Assembly: GCA_051362555.1 (NCBI GenBank)
Contig: CM120645.1
Span: forward strand, 8,804,001-8,868,000
DNA length: 64,000 bases
Source of the DNA: Lingula anatina
Taxonomy: Eukaryota > Animalia > Brachiopoda
Direction of reading: 5' to 3'
A program made the position numbers and the translations under genes. Below are positions 1 to 18,062 of the stretch, one piece after another (within the stretch, counting starts at the first letter, position 1; each line of letters starts with the position of its first letter). The notes under the pieces are model-generated. The model did not search any database. It had not been told where the DNA came from and was given only the letters and a program-made list of their open reading frames with translations.

Positions 1-2067
1 AAGATACGTTGCACTTTTATCTATTTCAGATTTGGAACAGACGCACAAGAAATATGATTTTATCGAAAAAAAAAAAAAAAGAAAAAAAAAAAAACGAAGA
101 CGGTAGAGACACGTCCTTGCAGTAATGGATCTGATAGAAAAAACTATTCAACTTCGCTGTGATCGACTGTATTGAATTGATTTATAACCATTATATCTTA
201 CAAGAAAGATTAAAGATGTTGACAATAAGACACAAGGGTGGTTTTTAACCACAGCTCAATTTGCTCGACAGAATTAATAGATTTCAAAGCAATATACCCT
301 AGTTTTTTTACAAGAATAGGAATAACATTTTGTCCTTATTTTTAAACATAACGAAAAGTACCGTTCTTTAGTTTTGTTGCATGCAGGTGGAATATTTAAT
401 TAGTGTTCGTACAAAGATATCTGCTTGCTGAGAGAGAAGAGTAGCACGGAACATGCTTTTTTTCCCTAAAGATAATAAATTAAGAGATATAAAATTACGT
501 TATTTAAACAATAAAAAGATTTTACTCTTAATCTTCTATCGTTGGGTTGTATTACTTGTACTTTATACATTAATTTGTCACTTTTTTCTTACCAAGCCTC
601 ATTAAAAATATGGACAGATTTCTTGGAGGTGGAATACAATGTATGACTAATTGGCATACACTGCTTAGTCATGTTTATTAATAAACAAATCATTCAAATT
701 ACTTCAGTATAATTTACTTCCCTGATGTATCTGGCAGCTTGCTGATGGATAAAACATCCTTAGCTCCTCTTCTTAGGCAAATATAAAATTATTTAATAGT
801 CGAGGGCATTTTCTGTAATATGTAGAAAAAGGGTTGGAAATTGTGCTTGGTTTCATCTCGTTTCACTTGTTATATTGCTTTGCAGGGTAGAAAAGCGGGT
901 GCATTTGTTCCTCTAAAGGTGGGGAGGGCGGGGAGGGCTGGAATATTGGACGCATGGATCCACCTTTGAATTCTTAAGCTCTTAAGTGGAGATGCAAGAA
1001 CAGTTGCGCGCTTCAGAAAAAAAAAATCAAAATTGCTTTTGGTGTTCTGGCACACAACTAAATCATTTGTAAACTTTAAGGCATCTTCGCGGGAGTCCCA
1101 TTACGGATCGTTTATAGAATGACACAGGCAAGAAAATTCTTCCACATGGAATTGATGTCAAAACCCGTCTTAATTCATTCTTCAGTCAATCATTTACATT
1201 TCCTCAGCAGTTTTACTCGTCGTTATTTTTTATGAGATACCATCTTTCCATATTAGTGTCTCCGACCGAGAGATTTGTACAGTATACTTCATCCCAAGCT
1301 TAAGACTGCGTTTACTAAACAAATGAAAGGAATGAAATCAAAACTATCAGTGTATCCAATGTGCATTCTAAAATAAGGCGAGAGCCTTTAAGTTTGTAAA
1401 TATTTTGGAACGAAGTAATTTAACGTACGTAATAAAAAAAAGGTTCAATTTTGCATGAACAGTGAAATACACTCAGGACAACTTTTTGCTTTAACTGGTC
1501 GAAATATTTTATAAGTGTATAAGTGCGAATCTAGTTGATTTTGAATCTGTAATCGTCTTTTTTTTCTGAATGCGTACACGATTCAAAAAGAGGACACACA
1601 GCACCTATCACCCCCCCCCCCCCCACCCCAAATAAGACCCGGATCCTCCAGTTAGCTAAACTCTCATGTACTAAAAAAGTTATCACCAGCAATAGGCTTG
1701 TATCGCCCACGTCGTACGAGGCCTACTGCAGGAATAAAGTTCATAATTCCAGTGTTCGGTATTAAATATCACTTTGAATCTTGCCCGAGTTGCTGTAGAC
1801 CATATGTTTCGTGGCACAGATCTACTCTTCAGAAGTCATGTCGTAACTTTAAGGAGACACTTAAGCACAGGAAAAGTGTGGGTGTGTTGCAAGCAACTTC
1901 CGCTGGACGCGTCTACGCTCTATTCATTCGGAGACGCTTATCTGCAGTTTTTAGTGGCGTTCCTTCACTCGACGTTCCTCCGTAGACTTTGAAACGTCTG
2001 TGCTCGGTATTAGTAAATTAGACCGCCGTCTGGGAACAACAGCGGAACAACATTAAAAGAAACCAAC

Positions 2068-5000
2068 ATGGCGTTGTTCCTTTGCTGCGTCTTCTCCTTG
2101 TTGGTCATCATTGGAATGGCTAGCGGCATGGGTCAAATGACACTAACAAGCGGTCAGCAATGGAACGCGCAGAGCAGACAGGCCAGTCAGTTCAGCCAAA
2201 GCCAGATGTCCGGTGGCGGTCAGGCATGGCAGCCGCAAGCCGCACCCTTAAAGACTGGTCAAAATATGCTGGCAGGAACTGGACAGTATGCCCAGACGTA
2301 CCAGGGTGGCGGTCAGTATGACTGGACCAAACAAATGGCCAGCCAGACCAGGGGTCAACCTAGCCAGAGCAGTCAGATGAGCAGTCAGATGGGTAGTCAA
2401 ATGAGCAGTCAGTTGGGTAGTCAAATGAGCAGTCAGATGAGTCAGATGAGTCAGATGGGCAGTCAACTTACACCATTCGGCCAGCCTCAGCGCCAACCTA
2501 GAGGACAGTTAAGAGGACAATACGACCAATCTTACCAGACACAGCAGATGGGTCAAAGAAGTGGACAATACAGTCAGGGCAACCAGATGGTCAGTCAGCA
2601 GAGCGTTCAGATCCCACCGTTCGGCCAGGTCCAGGATCAACCGCGTGGTCAGTACAGCCAAAGTAGCCAGATGGGAACACAATTTGGCCAGACTTACCAA
2701 GCCATGCAACAGGGGCAGACAAGGGGGCAGTATAGCCGAGGAAGGCAGGTGGTCAGTCAGGCAGGTGGACAGAGGACAACATTCGGCCAGTCTCGAGGTC
2801 AACCCAGCCGTCAGTTGGGGCCCATGGGCGCCAAGCTTCAGTGCTCGGTCCAGGCCATGTGCCCACAACAAACTGTGATGGTCGGAAGGACCGGAGGACA
2901 AGGGTGCATTTGCGGCTGCTACTCGTATACTATTGATAACAGCAAGAACAACATGCCGGTTCAGGGAACGATTCATTACAGGTATAGAACGATAAAAAAT
3001 TGTGTTAAACAATATGAATTTGATGCTTGATATACCTGTTAGGAACATTTTTTCTTTTCAAAATGTTAAAAAACTAACTTGTTTTCTGTTAAACATGATC
3101 AATCTGACATCAAAGTGTGGAAAAGTATTAACACAGATACGTAGCGAAATACAAATGATGTGTTTCATACAACCCTGTCTATTAGTGAATTGGCACCGAT
3201 TCCGGCGGATCGAATTATGTAGTACAAGTAAATAGTGTGCCATTCTCTTGGGTCGAAGGTTATTGGCATTAGGTCATTCCACTAAAATTGAGAAAATTTT
3301 GGTCATGTCAATGGTACATTTTGTGTAATATTTGCATAGCTGCTTCATGTCACTTTATAATTGTTGAGGCCTTTCCACATGGGGGACTCTATTGTATAAA
3401 GAAAAGTAAGTAATGGTGCAAGTCAGAATTATGAAAATATGACACAAAATTCGGGCGTCAATGACGAGACTCAAATATTCACTTTCCTTTGTAATGCGTC
3501 CACTGTTTTTAATATGAAAGTTAATTTAAGTCGTACCCTCTATACGTTCGTGTTGCAAGTTAATTTTTTTTATCTTTATTACGTGTCTATTTATCATTGT
3601 TGCTATCATTTGATAGTGCTTGTCCTCTTGAAAAAATACAATAAATTGTACGTGGGTTATCTAGAGCACAACCGTTATTCTGTTGACGGACAAATCCGCT
3701 AAAAAGAGATTTTGCCACGTTTTTTTACTTTTTCCTTTCAAGACCTATACGATTTCACATCATTCGATAATTGGAAACACTTTTACAAAATTTGTTTTCT
3801 GATGAATTTTTACTGATCTTGAATATACTAGACGCGGTTTAGGCCTATTCAATTTTTATAAGTCTTAAAATATGTATCTTAACCATAGAGAAGTGATGTA
3901 TATATACATAACCATCAAACGTAATAACATACATGTATATCAAACATTTTGTTTGAGGCAAAATTTATTTTTGACTGATATTATATCATTTAAAAAATAC
4001 TGTCTTTTTGGGGAGAGAGTGTATCAATGAGGAAATTACAGAAAAATTATCAAATTTAACTGGGGCCTTTAAAAATTCTGCAAAAGTCTTTTTATACTGT
4101 ATCAAAATACATGTATGTTTGAAAATCGGGGTTGTTTTAAAGTGGCTTCAGCAAATATTGCGATGAAATTCGTCGTTCTCATTGTTTAAACTCTGGTATA
4201 GATGACACCGAAAGCACCGGCGTCCAAAAAAAGAAAAAAAAAGACGCAGTACTAACAAAATCATTTCATTTGGAATACACCGTTTTCTTTTTAATTTTTG
4301 ATTTAATTAATAAATTAATCATTTTTGTTTATCATGTTTGTCAATCATGTTTATTTGGTAGATGCATCATCATAGTAATACGTGTTCGTGTATTTTTAAA
4401 TTTCTTATTTTTTTTTAATTTTAAAATTTCTTTGCCTTAAATCAGCACTGTTGGCAATAAGAATGCTAAATGATATGAAACAAGGCTTAAGTGTTTGGGC
4501 ACAGATGGGCTTAACAGAAAATGAGACAATTTTTCTCAAGAGATGAAACCTAGAATGCATATAAACTTTATACTTTAAAGTTTGGGATACCTTTGACAAT
4601 GTAAAAACAGATAACATGAGCTATACATGTAGCGCTGTCTCGTGTAATAGTATTGCAGTCTAGTTTCACTTATTGTATGCTGTAGTTTATCGCTAGCTGA
4701 AGCGTAACTTGCAGTAGGCCTATATAATAAAAACGTGTACATATTTCTTCCAATGTTTGCTGCATAGAGTGAAACTATTTTTGTGCGAATGAAATTAGCA
4801 TTCTTGTCAAAATGGGGCGGTGGGCACATTTAATATATTCAATATACTTAATTAAATATACAGGAAATAATAATTTGTACTGATGAAAAATAATTTCGTT
4901 TTTTGTTTCAGATTAACGGATACCAAGCTTGGAGCCGTATCCCCCGGGGTTGGCCGTTACTATGCGGGTCCTGGCACAATAATGAGCCGCACCTGCAAGC

Positions 5001-5155
5001 GTGTCTGTGAGTGGCGTAACTACAGAGCCTCGGACGCAGGTCCCGTTACCATGACAGCAAGCTTGCAAGTGACAGGGGGCGTGTCTGGGTATGGCTCTGA
5101 TATGTGCATGTTCAACATACAGAGCCAGACTATGTTTCGCATGTGGAAAAAATAA
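2068..5155 (+). CDS. Secreted Gln/Gly/Ser/Met-rich low-complexity protein with C-terminal 8-Cys domain (2 exons, ~385 aa)
   Basis: Exon 1 is 2068-2981: AACATGG start, signal peptide MALFLCCVFSLLVIIGMASG, donor AG|GTATAG in phase 2. Exon 2 is 4912-5155: acceptor ttttgtttcag, and the phase matches to give ...IHYR-LTDTKLG...RMWKK*. The joined C-terminal domain has 8 Cys. Confidence 0.85.
2368..2466 (+). repeat. Coding tandem repeat, 12/9-nt units AGCAGTCAGATG (SSQM/SQM)
   Basis: agcagtcagatg / ggtagtcaaatg / agtcagatg units are directly visible, encoding SSQMSSQMGSQMSSQLGSQMSSQMSQMSQMGSQ. Confidence 0.9.
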
Positions 5156-5641
5156 GAAATAAAGGAAGGATAATTGGAATTGGAATTCGGAGCCAAGAAG
5201 GAGAGAAAGGGATTTTTGATTGATGAATTGTATTTGGGATGGATCATATTTTAATTATTATTCAATTCAATTTCTTCTTTGAGAGTAAGGAAGTTGGTTT
5301 GAATTTTTTTTATTGTATGAGCGCAGTTGATGTCTGTTTGCATAAGTAGTCCGCGCGGCGTGCAATTATCGTGCTTGTTAAGTTTCTAATTTGAATTTCA
5401 ACTTCGTAATCTTACCTCATTATATCCCATGCGGCCTAATCGGAATTGGTTTATTTCTTTCATGGTTTAAAGCATTCTTGCTGCATGACATGCCAAATGT
5501 TGTTATCAGTTAAGTTTTTTTCAAAAACATCTGATCTTATGCTTGTTAATTCAATCACACTACTTGGAGAAAGTAAAGATCGCATACCACTGCACTATAT
5601 CACCAAATGCATGGAAGTCAGAATGTTAGTTGTTCATGTCG

Positions 5642-5673
<32 letters not shown>

Positions 5674-6800
5674 CGCTCAAAGAGAGTTGATGACTCTTCT
5701 ACTTTTTATATTCAGATATCTTTAAATGCTTCTTTTTATATCTAGAAAGCAATTGCAGATTACACGTGATTACTTAACTGTAATGGACTTCCCAAATGAT
5801 GAATAAATCCATGTAGTTATGGTTGGCAGATGTTTAATTTTTTTTATAAACATGCCTTTTCAAATAGAAGAGTCCTTGCAGCACGTGGATTGTTTCCCTG
5901 GGTCTGGATTCAAAGAGAAATATCTCTTGTTGTTTTTTCGACTGCTTTGATTTTCAGTGGCATGCATTCCACCAGCGTGAACATACAGTTACATGTATCA
6001 CCTACGTGGCTTCCTCTCAGACCCTAAGATTAATGGGTTAAAAAGCAGTTTAGATATTTACCAGACGTTTTTTTATTCCTTTTTCACCCTGCTGCTTTAT
6101 ATTCCCAGTGTTGAAATTTCAATATGAAATGCGGGTATTAAATAATAGACACCACAGAATCTACAGGGTGACTAAAAACATCAGTCAACAAATTCATTTT
6201 GAGGCATGTACCGATCTTTAGAACTCACGGAAAAATCTTAACGAACCGTCTGGCTTTTTTGACAACGAAAGATCGTTGAATAGTTTCCTTATGTGCCCCG
6301 CTCCTGAAAGCAAAGTAAATATCAGTAATTTTAATTTTACGTGCATATAAGTTAGCTAACATAAAACCAACGCCCGATGACTGCCACCTTCTTCTTTGTC
6401 TTACTTCCATGTGAGCCCGGTGTAATGTTGCAGAGCCCCATGATATAGAGTCCGCTTCCCATTCATTTGCACAGGTAAGCCTCGCCCTTTGGTCAGGCTA
6501 ACCCTTACTATTATAACTTAATGGAGGGCGGACTTTCTGTTACACAGACCCTCAGTTTCGTTACACCGGCGTGTGCGTGGGAAGCAAATCTTAAGGGGGA
6601 TGGGGAGAGGGATGGGGCGGGGGTCATCACTCAGGAAAAATTGAGGGGTGTGTATATTCTCCATAAACCACTGCTTCTTGCGTTATGGTTGCGTGGTTGA
6701 AAAGCACCTTCCACCCCCACCCCACTCCCCGGCTCCTGCACCTAGCTATGGTAATCGATTACTTCCAGTATTTTAGGAAGAAAAGGCCTTGCCGCCCCGC

Positions 6801-6801
<1 letters not shown>

Positions 6802-6835
<34 letters not shown>
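6802..6835. repeat. poly-C tract
   Basis: A run of more than 30 C. Confidence 0.95.
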
Positions 6836-6836
<1 letters not shown>

Positions 6837-9546
6837 CCGGCTTTAAAATTCAAGCTCATATTATTTCAATAAAGCGATCTTCAAAAAATTTAATTTCATT
6901 TAGGACCTATGTAAAATCCGATGCATGCGTTCTACATGTATTTTTGTCCTATCGTTCATGTTCAGTGATTGGTGTCTAACATTACTCTTGGTACAAAAAT
7001 AAAGCAAACCATTTGGGAAATAGTTCAGGAATAGAAATTTGATAACCCAAAGCCGTCGTTCAGTGACATTTAAAGCAACGTAACAAAATGCTGCTATCGT
7101 ATCTAGCCTATTATTTGCATGCTAGAAATACATTAACGTAGAGATTTTGTTCGGTAATTCTTTTATTTCTTGAAACAATCCAGATCTTGTGAATAAACAG
7201 CAATTTCTGTGTTCTTTTTATTATTCAGTATCACAATGACTAAGACGTGGTCACAGTATATGGAATAACACATCGTCAAACTAAAGACTTCACGAGGTTG
7301 CTTGTATATATTGTAAATTTATGCCCAGCCTTATTACTCTGGAAGTGCTGTAGTTTTTTGATGACGACTATAAATTTCTCCGTATGGTTCATTCTATGTA
7401 ATCTTGTATACATTGTCATAATCGTTATTTATTTCTTTTAAAATACCGCACGCAGCCTACTTGACTTTTGTCGTAATACTTTTCGTTGACAGACGTGGCA
7501 TTTGGACGTTTACATTTCCCCACGAAAGATGTGCGCAGTTTTCACATAAATATTTCTCTCTCTCTCTCTCTTTCTTTTTTTAACTTAACAGAGTTTCAGT
7601 TACACTAACTGTGCTATGATACTGTATAAGAACTCTAAAAAAGAAGAAATAAAACAAAGAAGAGTTTAAAGTAACCTTTATACATGTGTGTCTGGGTTCC
7701 CCCACTGATCCGTATTTAAATCCCCGACTTTTGGAATTTTGATACCAATTAAATGCGCAAGAAAATAAACAATTAAGAAATGCATGGTAATAGAACTAGT
7801 CCCAGACCAATAAACTTAATGCGCCGTCGGAGAATTATTGTAACCAAGATGGTCTGTGATGTAATTTTATCGGCATTGAAAAGCAAAAAAGCATACAGTT
7901 TTGCTTTCCAGCATTGATTGATCTGGCTATTCACTCAACGTCTATCCGCAGACGTGTCAAATTCACTGAGTAAGCTTGTTTGACATTATAATGCATTCTC
8001 AAAGAGGTACAGGGGGATACAGCTATTTTATTTATTGCTTCCTAATTATTTCATTGGCACTGAAACAAGTTGTCTCAAATCTTCAGGTTTATTGCTACTG
8101 AAAACGCACTTTAAACTTGCGTATTTTCGTTTCATGTAACATATGGGAAAGAGGGCAACTCTGGTGTTCGTTACACTATTGGCAATATAGTACTAATTTA
8201 AAAACTTTAGCCTTCAGCGTGGAATGAAACCTCCCTCGTCATTAATATATCACAGTTATCACATTTGTAATGATATTGATTCATCATCAACGATTTAAAT
8301 TGCAAATCATCAAATAAACATGACAAATAATCTTCGGATGCTCAGCTGTGACTTTCACCTTCTTAGAACACGAAATATAAAAAATAAATAAATCGTGCTT
8401 AAACTTGTTGCAATTGCGCACTACAGATAGGTCTGTACATAGCTTAAAAGCTCTTGAGAAGAAAAAGATAATCGGTAATGTCTACAAGACGTAATTGTAA
8501 CCGCTTGTGTCAATTTGTTATGGAGACCGAAATCTTTATTAATTTCGGAGTTTGTTTCCAGCACTACGCAACCAATGCAATGACGTCGTCTTGCCACTTT
8601 CAGCGCTCGTTTATTGTGTTCGCTTGCGTGCCAAGCAAATGGATACACATGTTCAAGGCTACGTTTTTTGTCTGTTCCTAACTCAAGACTTTTTGTAGAT
8701 AAGAGCTATAGCATTGTGCTGGATGCCTGGCAGGATCTATTAGAAGTCATCAAATTTGTGTAGAAGATCAAAAAGGGTAAAAAAACGCTCCGTCAGTTAA
8801 GGGGATGCGTCAAACTCGCAAATCTTTGAATCGTGAGGTCAAAATGTCGGCCGCCGTTGAATATATGATCCGATCGTTGGCAAAGGCACAACAAGTTGCT
8901 TTCCGTTCACATAAGATGAAAAGAAAAAATAGATGAAAACATGAAAGCATCTGTTACACGTTATTACTTTCATTTTTTGTGCTATTATTGTGGACTTCTT
9001 CATCAAAATGTTAAACATATTAATACTTAAGCACTCGCTGTGTATGCTGTGTTTAAGAAATACCTCTTAACAATTAAGCAGCACCCAGTTAGGCCTTTAG
9101 CATATAGATATGTCAATATATCGCTTATCTCAGCCCCTTTCGAGAAGGAAAAAGCTTTCATGGAGAAATTACAAATGAATGCGTCAGTTGAGATTTTATC
9201 TTCGATGTCGCAGTAGTTGCCCAACTATTTTTCGTCTGACGGTCCAGTGAGAAAAAAATACCCCCGGATACATGTGATTGGTAATGTTTCAGCAATTAAA
9301 ATAATTGAGATAAAAAATAGAATGCAACACTTGAACACTTCAACACTTACTTTATAATCGTGAGCATTATTAACTGCCCAGATATCATTTAAATTCGGAA
9401 CTGAATATAACGGCCACAGTTAGATCTGTAATCAATTAATTGAAATATTTAAAAAGCGGGTGCCTCAAAGAAGCAAACGAAAAGCTATAAGTTTTGGAAT
9501 TAAATAAGACTATCTGGTAAATGGGAAAGAAAAAAAAATCACGTTG

Positions 9547-10816
9547 AGCACCTTCAGGCTTTTTGCATCATTAGAACGACGTATATACAGTAAATTTTGA
9601 ACTGTATCCAAATGAAATTTGTATGAATAGCTTTCTTTTTTTCCCATATTTATAAACTGAACAAAACACATCCACTAGTATTACTTATGGATAAATACAT
9701 AAATAAAAATAAAGATCATGAAACAGATGAATCAGTGAATTGTTTTTTTTCGAATACAAACTAATCGCACATCATACCAGTAGAACTTGCTGACATTAAA
9801 ACATTACATTTACTTGAAATAATCTTTTACATACATTCAAATATGCATTTCATTCTTGTTCACTTATTTTTGGGTTCGGTTCGTTAGGTATGACATGTCA
9901 TTTTTACCTGATTATCGCATGCTAATGACAGCATCTAACAGCTTTATTCAGACCTCATTTTCATATGACCATATATTTATAATATTTCTTTGATTATATA
10001 ATATTTCTCTGACTGGGAAATGAAAACAAATATTTAAATTGTGCATGGTGTTTTAATATTTTTTCAACACTTCGGTGTCATTGTGACATCAGTCCTTAAG
10101 TTGAATTTAGCGACAAAGCAAACAAAAATACACAGCTGACTTCAAGCAATAAAACAAACATTAAAAAGTTATTTGAATCTTCATATTTTCCAAATTATCA
10201 TCACTTTAAAACTTACACGCTCCACAAAGGGCATTCATATCGGCTCCTAGTCAAAGCGGCGGTCAGTGGTACGTTTGGCCTTATCTGGCTGCTACCAGGG
10301 CTCTCAAGCGGAGAAGCACTCCTTCTTTCAGGTTTTTTTATAGTTTATTCTTAAATAAAATTCCAGGCATTCCAAGCATTAGGCAGAGCTTGTCCGAGTT
10401 GGTTCAAATTTGTTGTAAGACCAGTAGATTCGGTCAGTACAGATGACGTGTTATTTAATTTTTTTTTTGGAATCATTTAAGGAAGTACCATTTGAATATT
10501 ATTAACGCCATCATGTTTTAAGCACCTTCATGTTTTTGCACAAACATCATTAGTATGACGCTTATACTTTTTGAGCTGGTGTAAAAATAAAATTTGTATG
10601 AATGATTTCCTGCTTACTCTATATTTATAAACTGTACAAAAACACACCCACCAGCATTATTTCTCGATGAATACACAGATTAAAAAAAGAATCTTGTGAA
10701 ATAGATGGATCAGTAAATTGTTTTTACGAATAGAAATGATCTAAATGCACATCAGACCAGTAGACCCTACTTGAATTAAAACATTACATTTATTTGAAAT
10801 GGTATTTTACAAACAT

Positions 10817-10820
<4 letters not shown>
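9547..10820 (+). repeat. Diverged ~300-bp direct repeat (9547-9845 and 10521-10820)
   Basis: Shared colinear blocks: agcaccttca, catcattag, aaatttgtatgaat, tatttataaactg, gcacatca.accagtaga, attaaaacattacattta.ttgaaat. Confidence 0.8.

Positions 10821-10884
<64 letters not shown>
10819..10884. repeat. (AT)n microsatellite
   Basis: Perfect AT dinucleotide run. Confidence 0.95.
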
Positions 10885-10887
<3 letters not shown>

Positions 10888-11828
10888 CACAAAAATTGGC
10901 ATAGATGACCACAAATCTGTGAGCTTCAACCCTCTACCGTAATTGTTGCTTAAATGTTTTTGTTGTGGTGTTATGAACCTCTAATTACATATTTTCTTTA
11001 CACAAAGGCATTATTTTGCTTTGTCAACGATTAAATATGTACTAAAGTTTTTGAGAAAAATTGCTGGCAGGGTTTTGGGGTAATAAATGATGTTATTAAA
11101 TTGACCTTAAACGATGTTTGTGGGCTAAAGAGATATTTGAGAAACAGATGTTTCATTTTTGCCCCAAAATCGCAATTATGAGATAACATGTATGATAATG
11201 TTAATTAATTTAGTCACTGTACACTGAGGATTTATCTGTTATACTAGAGAATGTATATAAGGAAGTAAATCACACGATTTTGGCAAAGGTTAACACTATC
11301 CTTGTAATACAGTCAAAGGTTCTTTCATTTAAGTAAAATCGATAATTCAAAACCATACGGGGAGAATTCTTGGTACGAAAATATCACTGGAACGGATTTT
11401 TGCTGCAAATGCAACAAAAGTCTATTTTCAAAATGTTAATATTACCTGATTATTTCATCCAAAGTTCAGCATCAAACAGCCTGATTCAACCCACTATTTC
11501 ATACAACCATATATCGCCATTATACGTGTTCAAAACCTGAAATATTTAAAAAGAACGTGTCATATTTATTGACAACTAGGTGTTTTTATAACCCTGGGAA
11601 ACTGCACTATTTTGAAAGTAGCGTTATTGGTTGGTCTGGCAAACGTAACAAGATCGTTGGCGTTTGCTCCTCCCATTCAGTTGTGATCTAGCCGACTTGC
11701 TGAAGCCCGTTTCTTGACAAAATTAAATAGACCGAACTGCTCTGCACAATCAGACGTATTAATTGTATTGGCATAAAATCAGCCGCGACAATTGTTTGTT
11801 TCATTGAGTCCTGGCAAATCGTAACGCT

Positions 11829-15376
<3,548 letters not shown>

Positions 15377-16189
15377 GACAAGGCATAACGTAAGGCAAAA
15401 ATGGGATGTGGACAGAAAATGTCGACAATATGCCACAATTTTTTGTAGTCGATATTCATTTTGCCTTTAAAAATAAATTCGAAATAAAAACGTGCAGTGC
15501 GTACTTCTTGATGCCTGCTTTATATCTAGACACGCACGCACACACGTAGACACTCGCTATATATTTGGAATCCCGGAAATTTTAATAGTTCTCCTTTGGC
15601 CCTGTCCTAGTTATATCGGTAAAATGGTGCACCAAACTCTGCTCTGTTTGCGTATATGGTACTTTGAGAAGATGGCTTTGCAAAACAGCCCTTCATGTTC
15701 TCAGCCTTATCTGACTTATCTTACGCGGTAAGTTATTGTGGGATGATTACGTTTGGCAAGAATAAATGTCCGGTCAGCCTGAGAACGAAATTGAAATACC
15801 AAGCGGTGAAGTGTGCTTTAATCGAGAGGGTAACCCCAACGGCATATGTGGGACGAAAAAATAATCTGGAAACAACAGTCGCTTCTTTAAGCGAAGGGCG
15901 CAATGGTGGGTCATGCATGTTAAACACAGGGCTATGAATTTTCCCAACTAACACACTTGATATTCCTGAATATCCTATAAAAGCTGCCGAGTTGTAAGTC
16001 TAGCGTTATAATAATTTCGTATTTTGGCATGGCGATATCTTTAGAAATGCACTGTTCATTTAATTTTGGCTGCAACAGTGTGACATATATCAGTCACCTG
16101 GTTCATAGAAAGAAAAAAAATTGTACAGTGATCGATGATGTGGAATACATAAAACATATAAATATATAGGATACAGAACTGTAGTGCCC

Positions 16190-16530
16190 AAACAGTCATG
16201 TACAATATCTTCCCACAGATCAGGATAATAAAGATTAGCATCAGCCAAGAGAGCAATCGGGAACAGAGGAAGATCAGAGACATTTGCGAGACAATTATGA
16301 CAAACAGGCACTGACGGGCTGTACATGTGGCGAAACTTCAAGACAAACCACTGGACCACAAGAACAACGGAGTGGATTCCGAGAATGGCCAGATGGAGGG
16401 ACTATATACCACCATCTGGGACCCACCTGGCCAAACCAGGCCAAGCCAATGCAAGGGCCATTACCTGCAGAGGGAGGTGCCCTTCCAGTTGGCCCTGGAT
16501 TGATAGATTGATTGGTTAATTGATAGATAT
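16190..16530 (+). mobile_element. 3' remnant of RTE-clade LINE
   Basis: Frameshifted pieces HVAK / WTTRTTEWIPR / ARWRD / HLGPTW resemble the RTE ORF C-terminus (WAGHVAR...WT...W.PR...RW.D). A (GATT/GATA)n microsatellite tail follows at ~16498-16530, as is typical for RTE. Confidence 0.6.
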
Positions 16531-16539
16531 AATATATAG

Positions 16540-18062
16540 AAAAAATAATTCCCTGATGGAGATATCCTGTTAGACGTCAAAATATTGGTAAATCAATTCC
16601 AAGACATATCAGATCTATTGGAAGCAAAAAAGACAGAATTGAAAAACATCAGACAGAAGAAACTAAAAGGTATCCTTTTGCGAGCAAAAGCAAGGTGGGT
16701 GGAAGAAGGTGAGAAGCCGACAAAATACTTCTGTGTTCTCGAATCTAGACACTACGTGAACAAAACTATACAAAATCTATAACTGCAAGACTGAACTGTT
16801 ATTTTTGATCAAAAGGAAATACTTAATGAAGCTAAATTATTTTATGAACGTCTGTATTCCTCAAAAATAGAATGTGTAGAAAAAACTGATCTTCGAGCCC
16901 TTCTTGACCAATTTAACCTGCCTAAATTAAATGATGCCGAAAAAGAACTGTTACAGGGAGAAATCCCCAAGACAGAACTTCTTACAGTCCTAAAGAAAAT
17001 GAAGAATAACAAATCTCCGGGCTCCGACGGTTTTACAACTGAGTTTTACAAATTTTTTTGGTCAGACTTGAAAGAATTTATGATCCGAACGGTAAATGAA
17101 GTATTTCGTAAAGAAAGGTCACCAACTAGCCAGAAACTCGGCATTATTACTTGTATCCCGAAAGGGGGCAAGAATAGAAATTTTTTACAAAAATGGCGAC
17201 CTATAACATTATTAAATGTATTTTATAAACTAATATCCGGATGTACAGCTGAACGAATGAAAACTGTATTAGACAAACCAATTTCCCCTTCTCAATCTGG
17301 GTTTTTAGCTGGCCGCTATATAGGAGAAAACACAAGGTTGATATATGACCTAATGTACATCACAGAAAAACGAAATATTCCAGGCTTGCTTGTTTTGATT
17401 GATTTTGAAAAGGCTTTCGATTCGGTTGACTAGGATTTTATAATTAATGTACTGGACTTCTTCAATTTTGGTGACGCAATTAAAAAATGGTTTGGGATAT
17501 TAAGTTTCGACTGCAGCGCCTCCATTAGTCAGTGCGGTCATTTATCCGAATACTTCAGAATCTCAAGAGGATGCCACCTGGGTGACCTCCTCTCCCCGTA
17601 CATTTTTATTTTATGTGCTGAAATACTTCCGTTATTGATCAAGAATAATAGTGATATTACTGGTATAAAGATAGAGAATACAGAATTTAGAATATCACAA
17701 TATACTGACGACACTACCCTCACGGCAGCAGACTCATTTCTTGCAGCATTTTATACACTTGATTTTTTTCAAAAATATCAGGTTTTAAAATTGGTCAGAC
17801 ATGTTTGAATTTAATTAGCTTCAGCAAAATAATATATTGCACTTTTTTCTTGTTTAATAATCTATTGTAGTTTTGGTTGAATACATTGTGGTATCGATCT
17901 TTATTATTATTATTATTATTATTTTTACACCTATTGTTCATGAGATTATAAACTTATATTCGCGTGTTTGAGAGAGAGAGTGTGTGTAAGAGAAAGAGTG
18001 AGTGTGCATTTACCATACTTAGGTATATGTACATTCTTGTACTGAAATTTTCAATAAAAAAA
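16540..18062 (+). mobile_element. Degraded L1/Tx1-clade LINE ORF2 (reverse transcriptase) with 3' tail
   Basis: One frame carries LRAKARWVEEGEKPTKYF, NNKSPGSDGFTTEFYKFFW, WRPITLLNVFYK, QSGF..GRYIGEN, LIDFEKAFDSV, SRGCHLGDLLSPYIF and QYTDDT (YADD equivalent, 17701). It is interrupted by stops at ~16780, ~16792 and 17431. AATAAA plus an A-run lies at ~18053-18062. Confidence 0.9.

Noticed and set aside
1698-1992. Two short ORFs upstream of the Q-rich gene
   Set aside because: Non-ATG starts and no recognisable motifs; probably promoter or UTR sequence.
2982-3030. ORF-track C-terminus YRTIKNCVKQYEFDA
   Set aside because: Probably intron read-through. A phase-matched exon at 4912 continues the Cys domain.
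2248-3048. Antisense and alternative-frame ORFs over the Q-rich exon
   Set aside because: They are shadows of the repetitive CAG/AGT codon usage of the real gene.
6400-6480. Strong donor-like CAG|GTAAGC
   Set aside because: I could not link it to a coding frame or partner exon.
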